Under the pieces are notes generated by a model. The model was not told where the DNA came from. It made no database searches and saw nothing but the letters and a program-made list of their open reading frames with translations. DNA of 64,000 nucleotides. It comes from Paramecium tetraurelia (taxonomy: Eukaryota). This document shows, one piece after another, positions 12,890-25,812 of this stretch (the first letter of the stretch is position 1; each line of letters starts with the position of its first letter). The translations under genes and the position numbers were made by a program. The DNA is taken from positions 248,001 to 312,000 of the forward strand of contig CT868607.1 in NCBI GenBank assembly GCA_000165425.1. The letters are read 5' to 3'.

Positions 12890-14125
12890 ATGATAACTTA
12901 TTCAAATGTACCACCAAGATCCATCACTCCAAAACCCTCTTATTTGCCAGTTGTAAGTTATTAATTGCTTACTTTAGCCATCGCCTTAGTTGCATTCATA
13001 AAAGATTATTCCTAATCAGTATCCTTAGCCTAAGTAAATAGTGCCAACTACAGAAATCATTCGTGTTCTTCCCAATGAACCCTAATAAATACCATAGCAA
13101 GACCAAGGTTAATTTAATGGATTATCATTGCCTGAACTCAAGGCCTTCCTTGAAGACTTAATGAAACGTTATGATCGACTAGCTTAAGAATTGCAGAAGG
13201 CTGCTCAGAAGGAAATTCATTTATAAAACCAACTCACAATAGCTTAAACAGATTTAAACAACAAATTGCTCTATTCTTAATAAGAAAGAGAGGCATCTCA
13301 GTCAACTATTAACAATAAGAATGAAGAAATCGATTTCTTGAATTCAGAAATAGAAAAGTTAAAAGAACAGCATTTCAGTGAGAATTAGGAATTGAAAGCA
13401 GACAATGAGCAAATCGCTTTAGTCTTAACTGACAAATTGGATTAAATGAATTAATTTGCCAAAGAAAAAATGATAGAACTTGATTAAGCTAAAAGTCTTC
13501 TTGTCCTCAGGGAATAGGAAGTGCAGGAATGGAGATCTAGAAAGAACAACGGAGATGTCTATTCTCAAGAAATTAACCAATTGAAATAGAAAATCTATTT
13601 ATTGTAATAGGAGAAAGATTAGTTGATGGACAGACTCAGATACTCTCCACAAGATTCTTAATTAGTCAATGAAAATTAAATGCTGAGAGCCCAATTACAA
13701 GAGAAGGAATCAGAAGTCAATACTCTACGATTGAAAGTACCTTATTTATGTTATTCAGTTGCAATATGGATAATAAAACAATGGCGATTAATAGTTATAC
13801 CAAGAGTTGGAATAAGCCAAATAAGAGATAATGTATTATAAGCAATAATTGATGAATGGAGGATAGAATTATAATTTGGAGGAAGTAGAGGATTATAGGG
13901 ATAAGGTTCAGATCCTAGAAAACGAAATAAGGCGTTTAAATAAATAAGTAAATAGATGGTCTACTTTTGTAGTTGACTGAGATGAGACACGAATTAGAAG
14001 ATCATCGAAATCATAAATCGGATAATGAATTTCTGAGATCCAAACTATCAGATCAATAGAATCAAATTAGAGAGATATCAAAATCCTAATTGGGGTTCAA
14101 AGACAGAGTTCCTTAATATTACTGA
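12890..14125 (+). CDS. Coiled-coil protein with a Pro-rich N-terminus
   Basis: MITYSNVPPRSITPKPSYLPV|PSPQ… then heptad-rich LKAFLEDLMKRYDRLAQELQKAAQKE…; several tiny introns. Confidence 0.65.
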
Positions 14126-14186
14126 TTTTTGTTTAATATACCAACTAAATTATAATATTAATAAATATAACGATAGGTTGAAACAA

Positions 14187-14561
14187 ATGAATATCGAAGA
14201 TATAATCAAAGAAAACAATGAGTTACTCAATTAAATGCACAATGAGAATTAGCCTTAATCTATGGACAACTAACTCACTTAAATGAGAGAACAACTAAAT
14301 TATCTATAATAAATCGATATCAAAAGATAAGCAAGGTATGATTAATTAGTTAACCAATCTTCCAAATTGCAACAACTCTTTATAGAATTAATGAACTTTG
14401 TGAATGATTCTCAAATAAAAGGAAACTAGTTCAATACAATAATTCGTTAATATAATGAATTATCATTCAGATCTGCTGTTGCGAATGAAAAGTCCCCTTG
14501 CAAACCAAGTACTCCTTTAAAAAAATAAAATAATTACATGGCAACTCATAATAAATTTTGA
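14187..14561 (+). CDS. Small hypothetical coiled-coil protein (124 aa)
   Basis: Uninterrupted frame MNIEDIIKENNELLNQM…ATHNKF TGA. Confidence 0.55.
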
Positions 14562-14607
14562 ATACAATCTATTATACTAACTAATTATAAATTTTATTTT
14601 TAAATTA

Positions 14608-15660
14608 ATGTTTTGAATCCCTTTTCCAGGAGCCTTTGGTCACTTCGCTTATTAAGATACTGATTTTGATGATGAATATGAAGAGTAAATTACCACTTCA
14701 AAATTTAGATAATAAAGAACTATATAAAATAATAAAAACCTCTCCTTAATCAGATATTTCTGCTGTTAAATAGGCTTATAAAATGTTAAGTAAAAAAATA
14801 AAATCCAGATAGACCAGCAGGAGGTTCTTAAAAGTTCTAATTGAATTAAAAGAAAAAAGAAGTGTTATAAGATCCTGAAAAAAGAAGATCTATGATAAAT
14901 TTGGCAAATAAGGATTGCTTAAATAACTTAATATCAAGAATCAGCAGTTCAAAAATGTGAACCTTATAAACTATAGTATAAAACGCTCTTAAGGATGTAG
15001 CCTTGGGAGCCTATCACAAAAAGACTTTAAATGGGATCAAAAGAATATGTGAACAATATTAAGGATAATGAGGCAAGTAATCTGTTACTTATCCATCATG
15101 TAAGGGACAAAAAATAGGTTACATAGTAGTTATAATAAGCCCCCTTTCCTGATTGCAAGGGTATATTCTATTTTAGAATTATTCGTAATACAAAGGATGA
15201 TGAATGCAAACTATGTAAAGGATATGGAAATGTTGAAGGAGTTATAGAAATTGAAATACCGATTGATAAGGGAATTTCTGATGGTTATTGTGTCAAATTA
15301 TATGGGAAAGGCAATTTATTTTATTGGCATACAATGTCTTTGAAGGAAGCTTTAGTTGGTGTTAAAGTGATTAACATAACTACACACAAAGTAATCAAAC
15401 CAAATTAAATATTTACAATAAAAGAGAAAGGTTAGTCTTAAATGGACAATTTACATTGAGTTTCCTAAAGATCTTGATCAAAATGCTATTCAGAAACTTG
15501 CTGAGGTATATTCAAATATCATTCATCTTTTACAACATAATAAAATAGCATAAAATTATAAGAATTTAGATTAGACGATTTTGAAAAACACTAAGCCAGA
15601 AAAGAAGAAAATGATGATGAAGAACTTAATCAAAATGGAATTGAATGCTCTATGTTTTGA
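14608..15660 (+). pseudogene. Decayed type I DnaJ (Hsp40, DnaJA/Ydj1-like) gene
   Basis: TGA at codon 3. J-domain fragments lie in shifting frames (DNKELYKII…, NPDRPAGG in place of HPD, DPEKRR/YDKFGKQGL). Broken CxxCxGxG repeats (CKLCKGYG), IPIDKGISDG, SLKEALVG, IEFPKDL and a terminal CAAX (ECSMF*) remain. Confidence 0.8.
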
Positions 15661-15683
15661 ATTTTTGTTTTATTATAAAAAAT

Positions 15684-16912
15684 ATGAATCAAAATTAAAG
15701 GAAATTCGTTAGATGTTACAATTGTAATATGAAACCTGCAACTATCAAATGTTTTGATTGTAACCCAAATGAAATAACAAAATTATGTTACAATTGTGAT
15801 TCTGCCTTGCATATTGAAAGCGATCATTAAAAATAAATAATTCCTTATGATCAAATGGTTTTAAATGAAGAAAGAGCAAAATCAGTGACTCCTGAAAAAT
15901 AACAAGAGTCCACGCCTCATTTGAGTTCTATTTTACGATCTAGAATTAAAAAGAATGAAGAGAATTCTAATTCTTTAATCAACAATGATGAATAATTAAA
16001 TAATAATTAAATTAAGTCTATAGAACTAAAGTATAAAATAAAACTACAAGAATAGGAGAATACAATTAATTTATTGAAATAACATATCGAAAATATTGAG
16101 AACAAACATAAAGAAAATATATCAAAGATGAGGGACTAAATGATTAAAGTGTAAGATGAAATGTTCAAAAAGTAGGAAGAATAAATACATGAAATAAACA
16201 AATTGAGAAAATCTTATGATGATAAAATAGCTCAATATGTCTCTTAAATAGACAGTGAAACTCAATTTAATAATTCGCTTTAATCAAAATTGGATGAATT
16301 AAGGTAATGCTATTATTTATATTACAAGAAATGTTCATTAAATTAAATAACAAGAAGCATAGTAAACAATCTCTCAATTAAGGGCTGAAATTGAAAGGAG
16401 AAAGTTTACAGAAGAGCAAATTTTAATAGATTCTGAAAGTCAACAGATTAAACTGAAAAAAGAATTCTAGTAAGAATTTGAAAGAAGCATTACAATAATG
16501 AAAAATGATTGTGCTATATAAATTGAAGAGTTAAAGTAAATATTAGGAGGAAGAAGCGAATAAATTTAATCCTTACAATTGTAAATTTAATAATTACAAA
16601 ATACATCAAAGGAAATTGAATCTGTATGGTCAAAGAGACTCCAGCAAGAATAGTAATGTTAGGATGAGTTAAAGTAATAGATATCTAATTTTTAGAGTAA
16701 AGTACTCACATTGTAAGGATGATTGTGAAGCTTTGAAAAAGGAAATAAAGAATCTCCAAAAAGAAATAGATATATATTAAAAGGAGAATGAGTTGTTTCA
16801 GAAAGAAAAAATGTCATTAACTAAATAATTGAATCAATAAACGGAGAAAAAAGAGAAAATGGATCGATTCATATATGGATCTAAGAAATCACAAACAAAA
16901 ATCAAAATCTGA
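15684..16912 (+). CDS. B-box zinc finger plus long coiled-coil protein
   Basis: RCYNCNMKPATIKCFDC…LCYNCDSALH…H followed by a long Q/E/K heptad region. Confidence 0.7.
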
Positions 16913-16972
16913 ATTAATCTTTGTTTTAATAATGAAAGAATTTTAATATAATGTGTATGAAATTTCTTTAAA

Positions 16973-17257
16973 TCAACCACCGTGTAATGTAGAAATGAAG
17001 CTAACTCTATCATTGTGTTATAATTGTGCTTCTTCTTTATCTTCTAATTCCCAATCTGCATCATTTATTAAAACGAGAATGCCTGGTCGAAGCTATTAGG
17101 TGTAAAAGAAGTCCAATTTCTTTGGATTGCAAAGTGTTTTCAGTCTTGTTATAAGGTCAGTCATTTTAATTTGCTATTCTTCGAATTCTAGAGTAAGCTC
17201 CTTTTTGTTTTCAAAACAAATATCTAATCCACCACCAAAATCAACAATAATTTTCAT
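16973..17257 (-). CDS. URM1: Ubiquitin-related modifier 1
   Basis: MKIIVDFGGGLD…LRPGILVLINDADWELE…VSFISTLHGG*; intronless, 94 aa. Confidence 0.95.
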
Positions 17258-17329
17258 TTTATTAATTAAATAATAATAATGTTTTAACTGAATAATAACG
17301 AGAAATAGATAGATTTCAGAAAATATGAA

Positions 17330-17983
17330 ATGGAGCCAATTGATCAAATATACTTATCATTTAGTCCAAATCAGGATGAATAGAATACACTCAATCTAAA
17401 AACAGAAGAAATGTCAATTCCAAACATCCAATCTTTTTTTACAGATCACACTAATATTTTTGATTAGAAAGTAGGCTATTTTTAAGGATCAGTCAATAAT
17501 TCAGATCAATTTGATTTCTATCTAATCTCTAAAAGTGAATTAGTGAAATTGCTGAAATAAATAGATAACCTGTAAAAAATTAAACAAAATTTTGACTCTC
17601 TCAATTATTAAATTTAATCAATGTAAAAGTAATAACAAAAATTCTTCTAACAACCTTCCTAAAACACTTTATAAAAGTCTGCTACTACCTTATAAGGATC
17701 GGATTAAAAAGCGCGAAATTTATAATAAAGCTAAATAATGAATGAGGGTTAACCTCACAAAGATGTTATTAGCGTAAGAGCTTTGGTTGGTCATCGAGAC
17801 AACTCTATTCATTATAATAACAATAAAGAAAATATCCAAGCATCAATTAATAATTAGAGGACAACAAGTCAATAAAAATAATAGAATAATTAGTAGAATT
17901 ATTCTTCAGTTAGAAAATTAAATTAACCTTTGCCTTCGAGACAAAGATCTTAAACACATATACATATGAAATATATCAACTGA
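17330..17983 (+). CDS. Hypothetical Q/N-rich protein (217 aa)
   Basis: Code-6 frame from MEPIDQIYLSF… to …HMKYIN TGA. Confidence 0.55.
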
Positions 17984-18229
17984 TAGTTTAAATTACTTAA
18001 AACCATGTAATAAATTATATTCAAGCTATTTTTTTACTAATGTAATTATTATCTTTATTATTGTTACTCTAAGACCTATTCTACTCATAAATTAGCTTAG
18101 ATGTCTTCGTAAGATTATATAAATTCTGTTTTTATAATAAAAATTTCACTATGATAATTGATTTCCCAATTTCGTAGATATCACAAAAACATTATAGATT
18201 AATTAACTTAATAACAAATCATATATCAA

Positions 18230-19763
18230 TCAGGGATTTTCTGCTTAATTATGAATCATTCTCAATTCAGTCTGAGCATTGGAGAACAAATGACTTTAAA
18301 TAACTATATTATTCTTTTTAAGTTTCTCCTTTTATAGATGTTACTTAAAGGCTGTAAGATTATTTTAATTGAGTAATTCTTTCAAGGTTTTATAATCTAA
18401 GGCTGTTCTACATAAAGGACAGTTTTCATGTTTCATAATCCATTGTTCCAAGCAGTCTGCATGAAAAATATGATGACAAGGAGTAAACCTACATATGGCT
18501 TGCTTTTAATATTCTAGTAAACAAACAGAGCAAGTTTCCTAAATATCTAAATCCTAGAAATCTGGAAATTCCAAGATTTAAAAGTATTTTAATTTTGGCA
18601 TGTAATGATCTACGAGATTTGCAGTCAAAGAAGACAAATTTCTTCTATTGTTGTTATTTTGAGGATGAGAAACATTATAGCCTACATTTTGAACTCTTGA
18701 GCTTCTTCTATACCTAATCACAATTACAATGATCCAGGTCAATAATAACACAATTGCTATTGAGACTAGGACGTATACAATAATTAAGCTTGAATCTATA
18801 TCAAAGTTACTCTCAGAAGTGGATATGCTTGCTTAGAGATAAATGAGAGCGGAGTATTAGGCACTGATGGTGATCAATAATCTTTGATATCTTTATAGGT
18901 TTTCGTCGAATATCAAAGGTGCAAGATCTATTACCTCTGAGTGAGAAGATTTATTTTTTAAAGAAAAGTTATAGTTGCTAAACTATTCACATGGTACTCC
19001 TAGTTCAAAGTTCTCATACATAATAAAGATCTCAACACCCGAAGTTTCATATTAAGAATTCATTAATCCAAAATTCAAAGTAATGTTAGAATTTAGTTAG
19101 TCACGTTAGAAATAGAAATATTCTTATTTTTATATTTTGATATTTTGAAGGGGTTCTTTCATAGTTAATTGAGAAGCCTTTTTCGAGCAATCTAAATCTA
19201 CATATTCAGAAAAACATGAACAAATTCCATTTTCTGTATCACACTGTCCTAATAATGAGTTTCCACAATAATTTGGACAAATTTTGTTTGAAGTTTTAGT
19301 TATTTTTAATAAATATAAATAATCTTTGAAATTAGTTTCTTTAATTTTCACATCAATGTAGAATTTATCATTCTTATCAAACGTAAATGGGTTTATTTGA
19401 ATTATTTGATATTACTTCCTCAAATATTATGCATTTAGATCGTAAAATATATCAATATCAGAACTAGTGTTATCGTCCTTATTTTTTGTAATTGAAAACT
19501 CTAAATCCACATCTCCATCATAAGGAAACAAAAAAGTCAATCTATTCTTAAAATAATAGTTCTTACTCAACTGTTAAATATTTATCTTAATCTACTTGGA
19601 AAGGTTAAAAATAGAACGCTGCGTTTCGAACAGTCTAATTCACTTGATATTGAGATTGTAACAATTTCAAAGCCGTTTCAGTCTCCGAGAACTGCTCATC
19701 TATTGTCAAATTAACTAGAGCTAAGACATTAATTAATAATGTGAAAATAATTAAAAAAAGCAT
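18230..19763 (-). CDS. Type I membrane RING-H2 E3 ligase with a luminal EGF-like domain
   Basis: Signal peptide MLFLIIFTLLINVLA; EGF-like CPNYCG…CDTENGICSCFSEYVDLDCS; one TM; RING-H2 CSVCLLEY…PCHHIFHADCLEQWIMKHENCPLCR. Confidence 0.85.
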
Positions 19764-19899
19764 CAAAAGATTATTTTGATGATTTTAATTTTTAAATTAA
19801 CATTGTATTCAGCATTTTTTCACTTAATTTAGGGTGGATGAATTAAGATATCATTTCAATTGACAACCTCAGATCATAATAATTAGAAAATAACAATAT

Positions 19900-20989
19900 T
19901 CATAAGTCAAATAAAACATAAAGTGTATTTAAAATTTACCAATTTAATTGTTCTAAGTCGCTTTGGCAATACAATGCGAGCTAATTATTCTGGTTCTCTA
20001 CTCTTATTTCAACTTCTGAATTTAGGATATTGCCAATTATTATTTTACTCTCAATACTCCAATTCTTTTTACTGATGACCAGCTTATTATAATGGTTGTG
20101 ATTATTGAAACAACGAGATTGAGTAGTTTAATAATCCTAAATAAAATTTAAGATTGTAATGGGTAAATAAGTTTTAAAGAATTGATTGTTGTACTCTAGA
20201 GACACGCTCACTATTGTAAAAGGGACATTTACGATTTCAACAGTAAGAGTACTCATTTGACCATATCCTGGAGTTAATGATTTTATGCAATCGTTCTCTT
20301 TAGATAATCTTAATGCTAGAACAATAAGTAAATTAAATACTTTGATCATTTGAATACAGTACATCTAAGACAGAAATTGGAGCAGTGCCAATGTTTTAAA
20401 ATGTTAATTCACAATTCAATATGTTCTTATTTAAATTCACTCTCTTAAGTGTTATGAGTATTTGTTTGTTTTTAAATACAATTAAATTCTCCTTATTTGA
20501 ATCTTTCAGACATTCTAATTTAAATTATTGCTGTGTATCAATTTAGAGTGATTTTATTTAATTTTCAAAATAGGGATGCTATTGTATTAATGTGGCATCT
20601 CTTTCTGAGATCTATTAATAGGTGTGATAGATCTCTTAATTATTGGTTTAAGACTTCTCATTTAAGATTTATCTTGTAGCTATTTGACTTGTCTTTTGAG
20701 ATGGAATCTAAATATCATCAAATATTTTCTTCTTTTGAAATTTGACTGAAGGAGAGTTTGGAAAATTAGATCTCACACTGTAATACTCATCTATAAAACT
20801 CTTGTAGATGCTTTTCTCTCCATCAAATTCTTGAGGTATTTCATTCTCCCTATTTGTGCTCTACTTTAAACAAATAGGAATTATAGGTGATAAATGCTAG
20901 GATAATTTAGAAGAATTCTCTCTTCTACTTTGTAAACCAGCTTAATTCTAACGGTAGTTACTATTCTATGGATGTACTTCTATGTGCAT
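19900..20989 (-). CDS. Protein with a disordered N-terminus and an adaptin-appendage(ear)-like C-terminal domain
   Basis: C-terminal IVFKNKQILITLK…CELTFQNIG…SLTPGYGQ…YLPITILNF resembles the AP-2 alpha ear (…LPVTINKF). Confidence 0.5.
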
Positions 20990-21268
20990 ATATTTTAATT
21001 AATAATATTATGACTAGCCGTTAAAATTAATTTATTTTATATTGCTACTATAAGTTTCATCTATAGCGAGAGATATTGCACTTTTAAATGGGAATTCAAT
21101 CCTCTTAACCTATCACTTCAACAAATGTGTCCAGATCTTCATTTATTTCAAGTTCAGTGCAATTGTGGATTTATTATATGATTCTTTACAATGCTTTACT
21201 TTGATGATGATCTAATAATGCAATAATTTAACATAATTGTATATTGTAATTTTAAATTAAATTATAAA

Positions 21269-22977
21269 ATGGATAGTGCTAAAAAGAATGCATCGAAAAG
21301 GATTGCATTCGTGTAAAAATTAGAAATGATTGACAAGTCAATTGTACATAATACCTATCATTAAGAAATTTAAAAAACATTTTTGAAAAAAAGCATTGAA
21401 AAAGAATAAATAGGAATATTAATAGAATAAGTTAAAGAGTAGGATGAATTGAGCATTTAATAGAGACGTGTGAATCAATTAGTAAATCTGAATCGATAAC
21501 TTGATGATCAAATTCAAAAGAATGATTTATTGCAATAATAAAAAATAATGGAGGACATGAATTCAATTTTGAGTAGCTAGCTCGATCACTTTATTAATCA
21601 ATAAGCAGATAGAAATTAGATATTAAATCGATTATAAAGTGATTTTAATGCCAATCATTAGAGTATGCAAATATTGGAGGGAGAATATTTGATTACAGAA
21701 TTCAAAAAAATTAATCAGATGGATTAATCCATATATCAATAACAATCCAAAGAATATAGCGATCTCTTTGAAATATAGTATTAAATGTAAGAAGAGTTGA
21801 AAATAATTAATGGAGAACTTGAGAAATTTCAAAAGTTGAATTAGACTAATAATATATAAAATTATGTGCTCTAAGGTTGTGGTAATAAAAAAACAGTTTA
21901 GTTTACAATTGATACAAGAGCAATATTATTGTCAAAAGAAAAAAATTAGAACCTTTTGCATATTTTATAATAAAACAAATGAATATGATTAGACTTATTA
22001 GCCTTATTTTAAAATTAAGAATCAAAAGTAAATCTCATTTGAAAACAACGAATTATTGAATAATGAAAACACTTCAATTAATTTATGGTCAAGCTCAAAA
22101 TAAAAGGTTAAAAAGCTGAATCCTTATAGATGTCAATTCTATAAATTTGATCAAATTTTCTAAAGAAAGGAAAATTCAAGACTGAGTCAATATGAATAAT
22201 TGTTTAATTAATTGGAGTTGTTCATTAAAGGGACTCTTTATAAATAGATTGACTTAATTCTTAAGAGTTATGCATTTAACAGTCAAGAATATCATCTAAT
22301 TTATAATCAAGATTTAAATGAAAATGTAGAAAAAATTAGAAAATTGTGCGATAAGGAAAAGGCTGATACTAGCAATGTAAGAATTTAGTCTATTTTAAGA
22401 AATTGATCGTATTACTTTGTGATAAAAATAGAGGATTAATAGTTTAATTAGTTAGTGATGTTGTTAAGATTCTCTCTCATTTCAATAATCAATTGATTGA
22501 GGTCAATAGTTTGATATTGACACTTACAAAATTTTAGATAAAGGACTAATAGAGCGAAGACATTTTAGAATGCAATGCTTAAAATATAGAGATGATGCTT
22601 GATTGTTTAAGGAGTAAAGAGATATTCAGAACAAGTTAGTTTCATTTAAAAATTGAAATCAATTTAACTAATAATGTCAAAAGAATTTTACATATTTTGA
22701 TGTTAGCTCCACTTTTAATAGAGAACAATGAATTATTTTGCAAACAATTTAAGAATATCTTTAAGAGGGAGAAAGCATTTAAAGAGTAAATAGGAACTAG
22801 AATTGAAAGCATTGTTAAAGTAGAATATATTTTAATAATTAGAATATTGACAAAATCATAATCATAACATAAATACCTGAGATGATTCAAACTAAAGAAA
22901 ATTCTGCAAAGAAGATCTCCATAATATAAAATATAATTAACTTTTCATCTTTACTTGTAGTTAAACAAGAAAATTGA
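21269..22977 (+). CDS. Coiled-coil plus degenerate kinesin-14-like motor-homology domain
   Basis: N-terminal coiled coil then KKIRTFC, FYKFDQIF, QLFNQLELFI, GLIVQLV, RILHILMLAP, KIIIITQIP; no P-loop. One frame junction near 21870 needs a less typical intron. Confidence 0.5.
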
Positions 22978-23292
22978 GATTAAATTAATTTACTTTTTAT
23001 TCATTTTTCTTATAGATATTTAATATACTATTTAATTACAATTTATAATAAAAATACAACTTAATAATATTAAAAATAATAATGTTATCTCATATATTTT
23101 AATATATTTGTGAATAAAAAGTATAATTTTATTAGAATTAACATTGGATGATTTTAAAGATCTATTGATAACTAAACTATAGATTTATAATGATCATTTT
23201 AAGCATATGAATTCAGATCAGAAAAGAAGACATTTTTGTATACAAACAATCAATTATATAATAATTATATAATTTTATTAAAAAACTTAAAG

Positions 23293-24844
23293 ATGATAAC
23301 ACTCAAACACATAGAAGCAACATTCGAAAGATTTGGCTTTTTAAAAAATTAATCTCTGACAGGAAATGAGATTTAATTGAAAATGGATCAAATGATTGGA
23401 ACTAAGGATATGGATCGGGATGTACTTAATTAGATTTTAGCATAATGTCATAAATCAATAAATCAAAATTATGAACAAAGTTATCGCATGCAAGATTTAG
23501 CATAGACCATACATAGTGCTATAATAATTCTTGGCAATAAATTGGAAAAGATAAAGACTGATATTCATACATTCAGAGAAAAACAAAAAAAGCATTAAAC
23601 CCAAATGTCTGCAACATGTAAGAATATTTCTAAATAAATAAGCCAACAGTTCAGAGTTCAAACATATCTATCTTATGATTAATAGTGCAAATAATATCTC
23701 CAAAAAGATTTCATACACCGATTGTCATCTTTAAGTGGCTTTAGGTTCTTAGTCTCAGAGGTTGAAACCAATAGAACACTTCGATAAAGTCAACCCAGAG
23801 TTCAACAGAGAAATTGAATTGTATGAATTGTTTATACTCTTAATTTAGCTCGATTCCAAATAACATCTACATTTTGACTATTTAGTTGTACACCAAATAG
23901 AACGATTCTCCCCTCCCAACATTATTGGGATAAGCATAAATTTCACTGAGTACTTTGGAAGAGTAACTGAAATCCTTAAAACTATAATTGAAAGATCCTT
24001 TAGGAAAAGAAGTTGGGTGTTTTATAGATATGCAAGTTCAGCTCATTCTTAATAGAGTAATATTGAAATTCTTAAACTAGTATGAGTATCTCCAAAACTA
24101 AGTTGGGTAATCAGGTGATAAAATAGATTAGCTAACAGAATTGAACAAACAAGTAGCCTACTAATATGACTTACTGACTAGGCCGTTTCGACTTCGATAG
24201 GAAGAAAAAATAACAATTGAAAATGGTTAAACTTCAAACTAATAAGAAAGCAGTTTTATATAATTAAAGAAACCAGAAGAAGTGGCTGCAGATCCTCTAT
24301 AAACTTCAAAAGTAGAAATTAATAAGACAGATCAAAATTCATAACCAGAAGATGAGTACCCATAGGCACCTTATGATTTAGATTTAGGAATGACCATCTT
24401 TTCATTTTATGGCTTGATAACTCTCTTTGTATGTTCAGCTAAGCCATCATTTTTAGATGTGTTGGTGTGTCATGGATTGATGTTTACTGTTTTTCTGGAT
24501 AGATTTGAACCTGAACATGTAAAACTTGTAGGCCTAGGATTAATGGCATCTATTATCTATGATATATTATGGTTATCATAATATCATTCATGGTGGGATA
24601 GTAATGATTAGAACAACCCTGAATGGGGAGAGGAGGCTGCAATGTTCTTAAAAATAATACTTGTTTTGACATACATCTAATTCTTTTATAAAGTAAGAAT
24701 TAAAGTCTATGATAGTTTCTTGTATTTTATTATTTATATTAATTCTACAAAGAATCCCTCGATCCAGTCAAATCATATATTTTTAAAATCTGGAACATTG
24801 AATATAAAGTAGGAAAGAATAGACAATATGTTTTTTGGTAATGA
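23293..24844 (+). CDS. C2-domain, coiled-coil, C-terminal multi-pass membrane protein
   Basis: C2-like VNPEFNREIEF…LLGQAQISLSTL; C-terminal TMs (MTIFSFYGLITLFV, KPSFLDVLVCHGLMF, GLMASIIYDILWL, MFLKIILVLTY). Confidence 0.6.
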
Positions 24845-25057
24845 TATTGATAGATAAATTGATTATTAGTTTTTACAAATTGCATAATAATTCTAGATTA
24901 TATCTTATTTACTTATTTTGATTGAATTTTTAACCTGAGTCTTCTTAATAAAAATAGTAATTTTAATAGAAAACCATAAAATTTTTTATAAATAGAATTC
25001 TATAAATATTTAAATAATTATAACTACATTTATTTTAAAATTCTATAAGAAATATAG

Positions 25058-25742
25058 TCATTAATTCTTCTGTTTTGAGTCTTATACCTTTCTGCCGCAT
25101 TTATATTACACTTCAGATTTGCTGCCATCCGGATATATTTCTTCCCCTTTGCCATGAGGAATTCCATAGTCTGCTTCGCCTTTATAAATTATTCCATTGG
25201 TAAAGCATCGCTCTCCTTATTTTGTATTTCCTATCTAGCAAATAATATTAAATTAGATTTACAAAAAATTCCCCGTTAGGATAAAGTACTCCTCCTTCAG
25301 AGAAGATGCCTTTTTTCCACAATCCTTTTAGATATGTGCCATCAGGTTTTAACATTTATCCAAACCCATTTTATTCGCCTTTATTCCATTATCCATTGTA
25401 GATTGTTCCATCTGGTTCTAAGTATGGAGGAAAGAAGCGATTTTGATTAGTTGGTTTATAATTAACTTTCTCTTTAAAGTAAGCCGGCAATTGCGGTTCA
25501 ATAAATTCTTAGTGATATTCTGTCCAGTCCTAAGGTTTGTCTTATATTAGTTCCTCCTTTTGTTTTTCCAACTCTTATTTGGCTTTCTTTCCCCTAATAG
25601 TGCTTTGGATTTTCAATGCTGCTTCATTTTCCTCTTTTTCTTGTTTTAATTTTATTTGGTCTTGAGATGGCTTCTTTTCTACATGTCTTATTTCTAATTC
25701 ATCTTTTGCTTATGGTATAGCTTGAGATTTACAGATGCCCAT
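25058..25742 (-). CDS. IQ-motif and MORN-repeat protein with an N-terminal acylation signal
   Basis: MGICKS; IQ motif AALKIQSTIRGKKAK; MORN repeats DGTIYNGQWNKGEQNGFG…, DGTYLKGLWKKG…. Confidence 0.8.
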
Positions 25743-25812
25743 ATTAAATTATTTTATTTATAATTAAAAAGTAAAACCCTATTAATTAATAATATAAATA
25801 ACAAACTATAAA

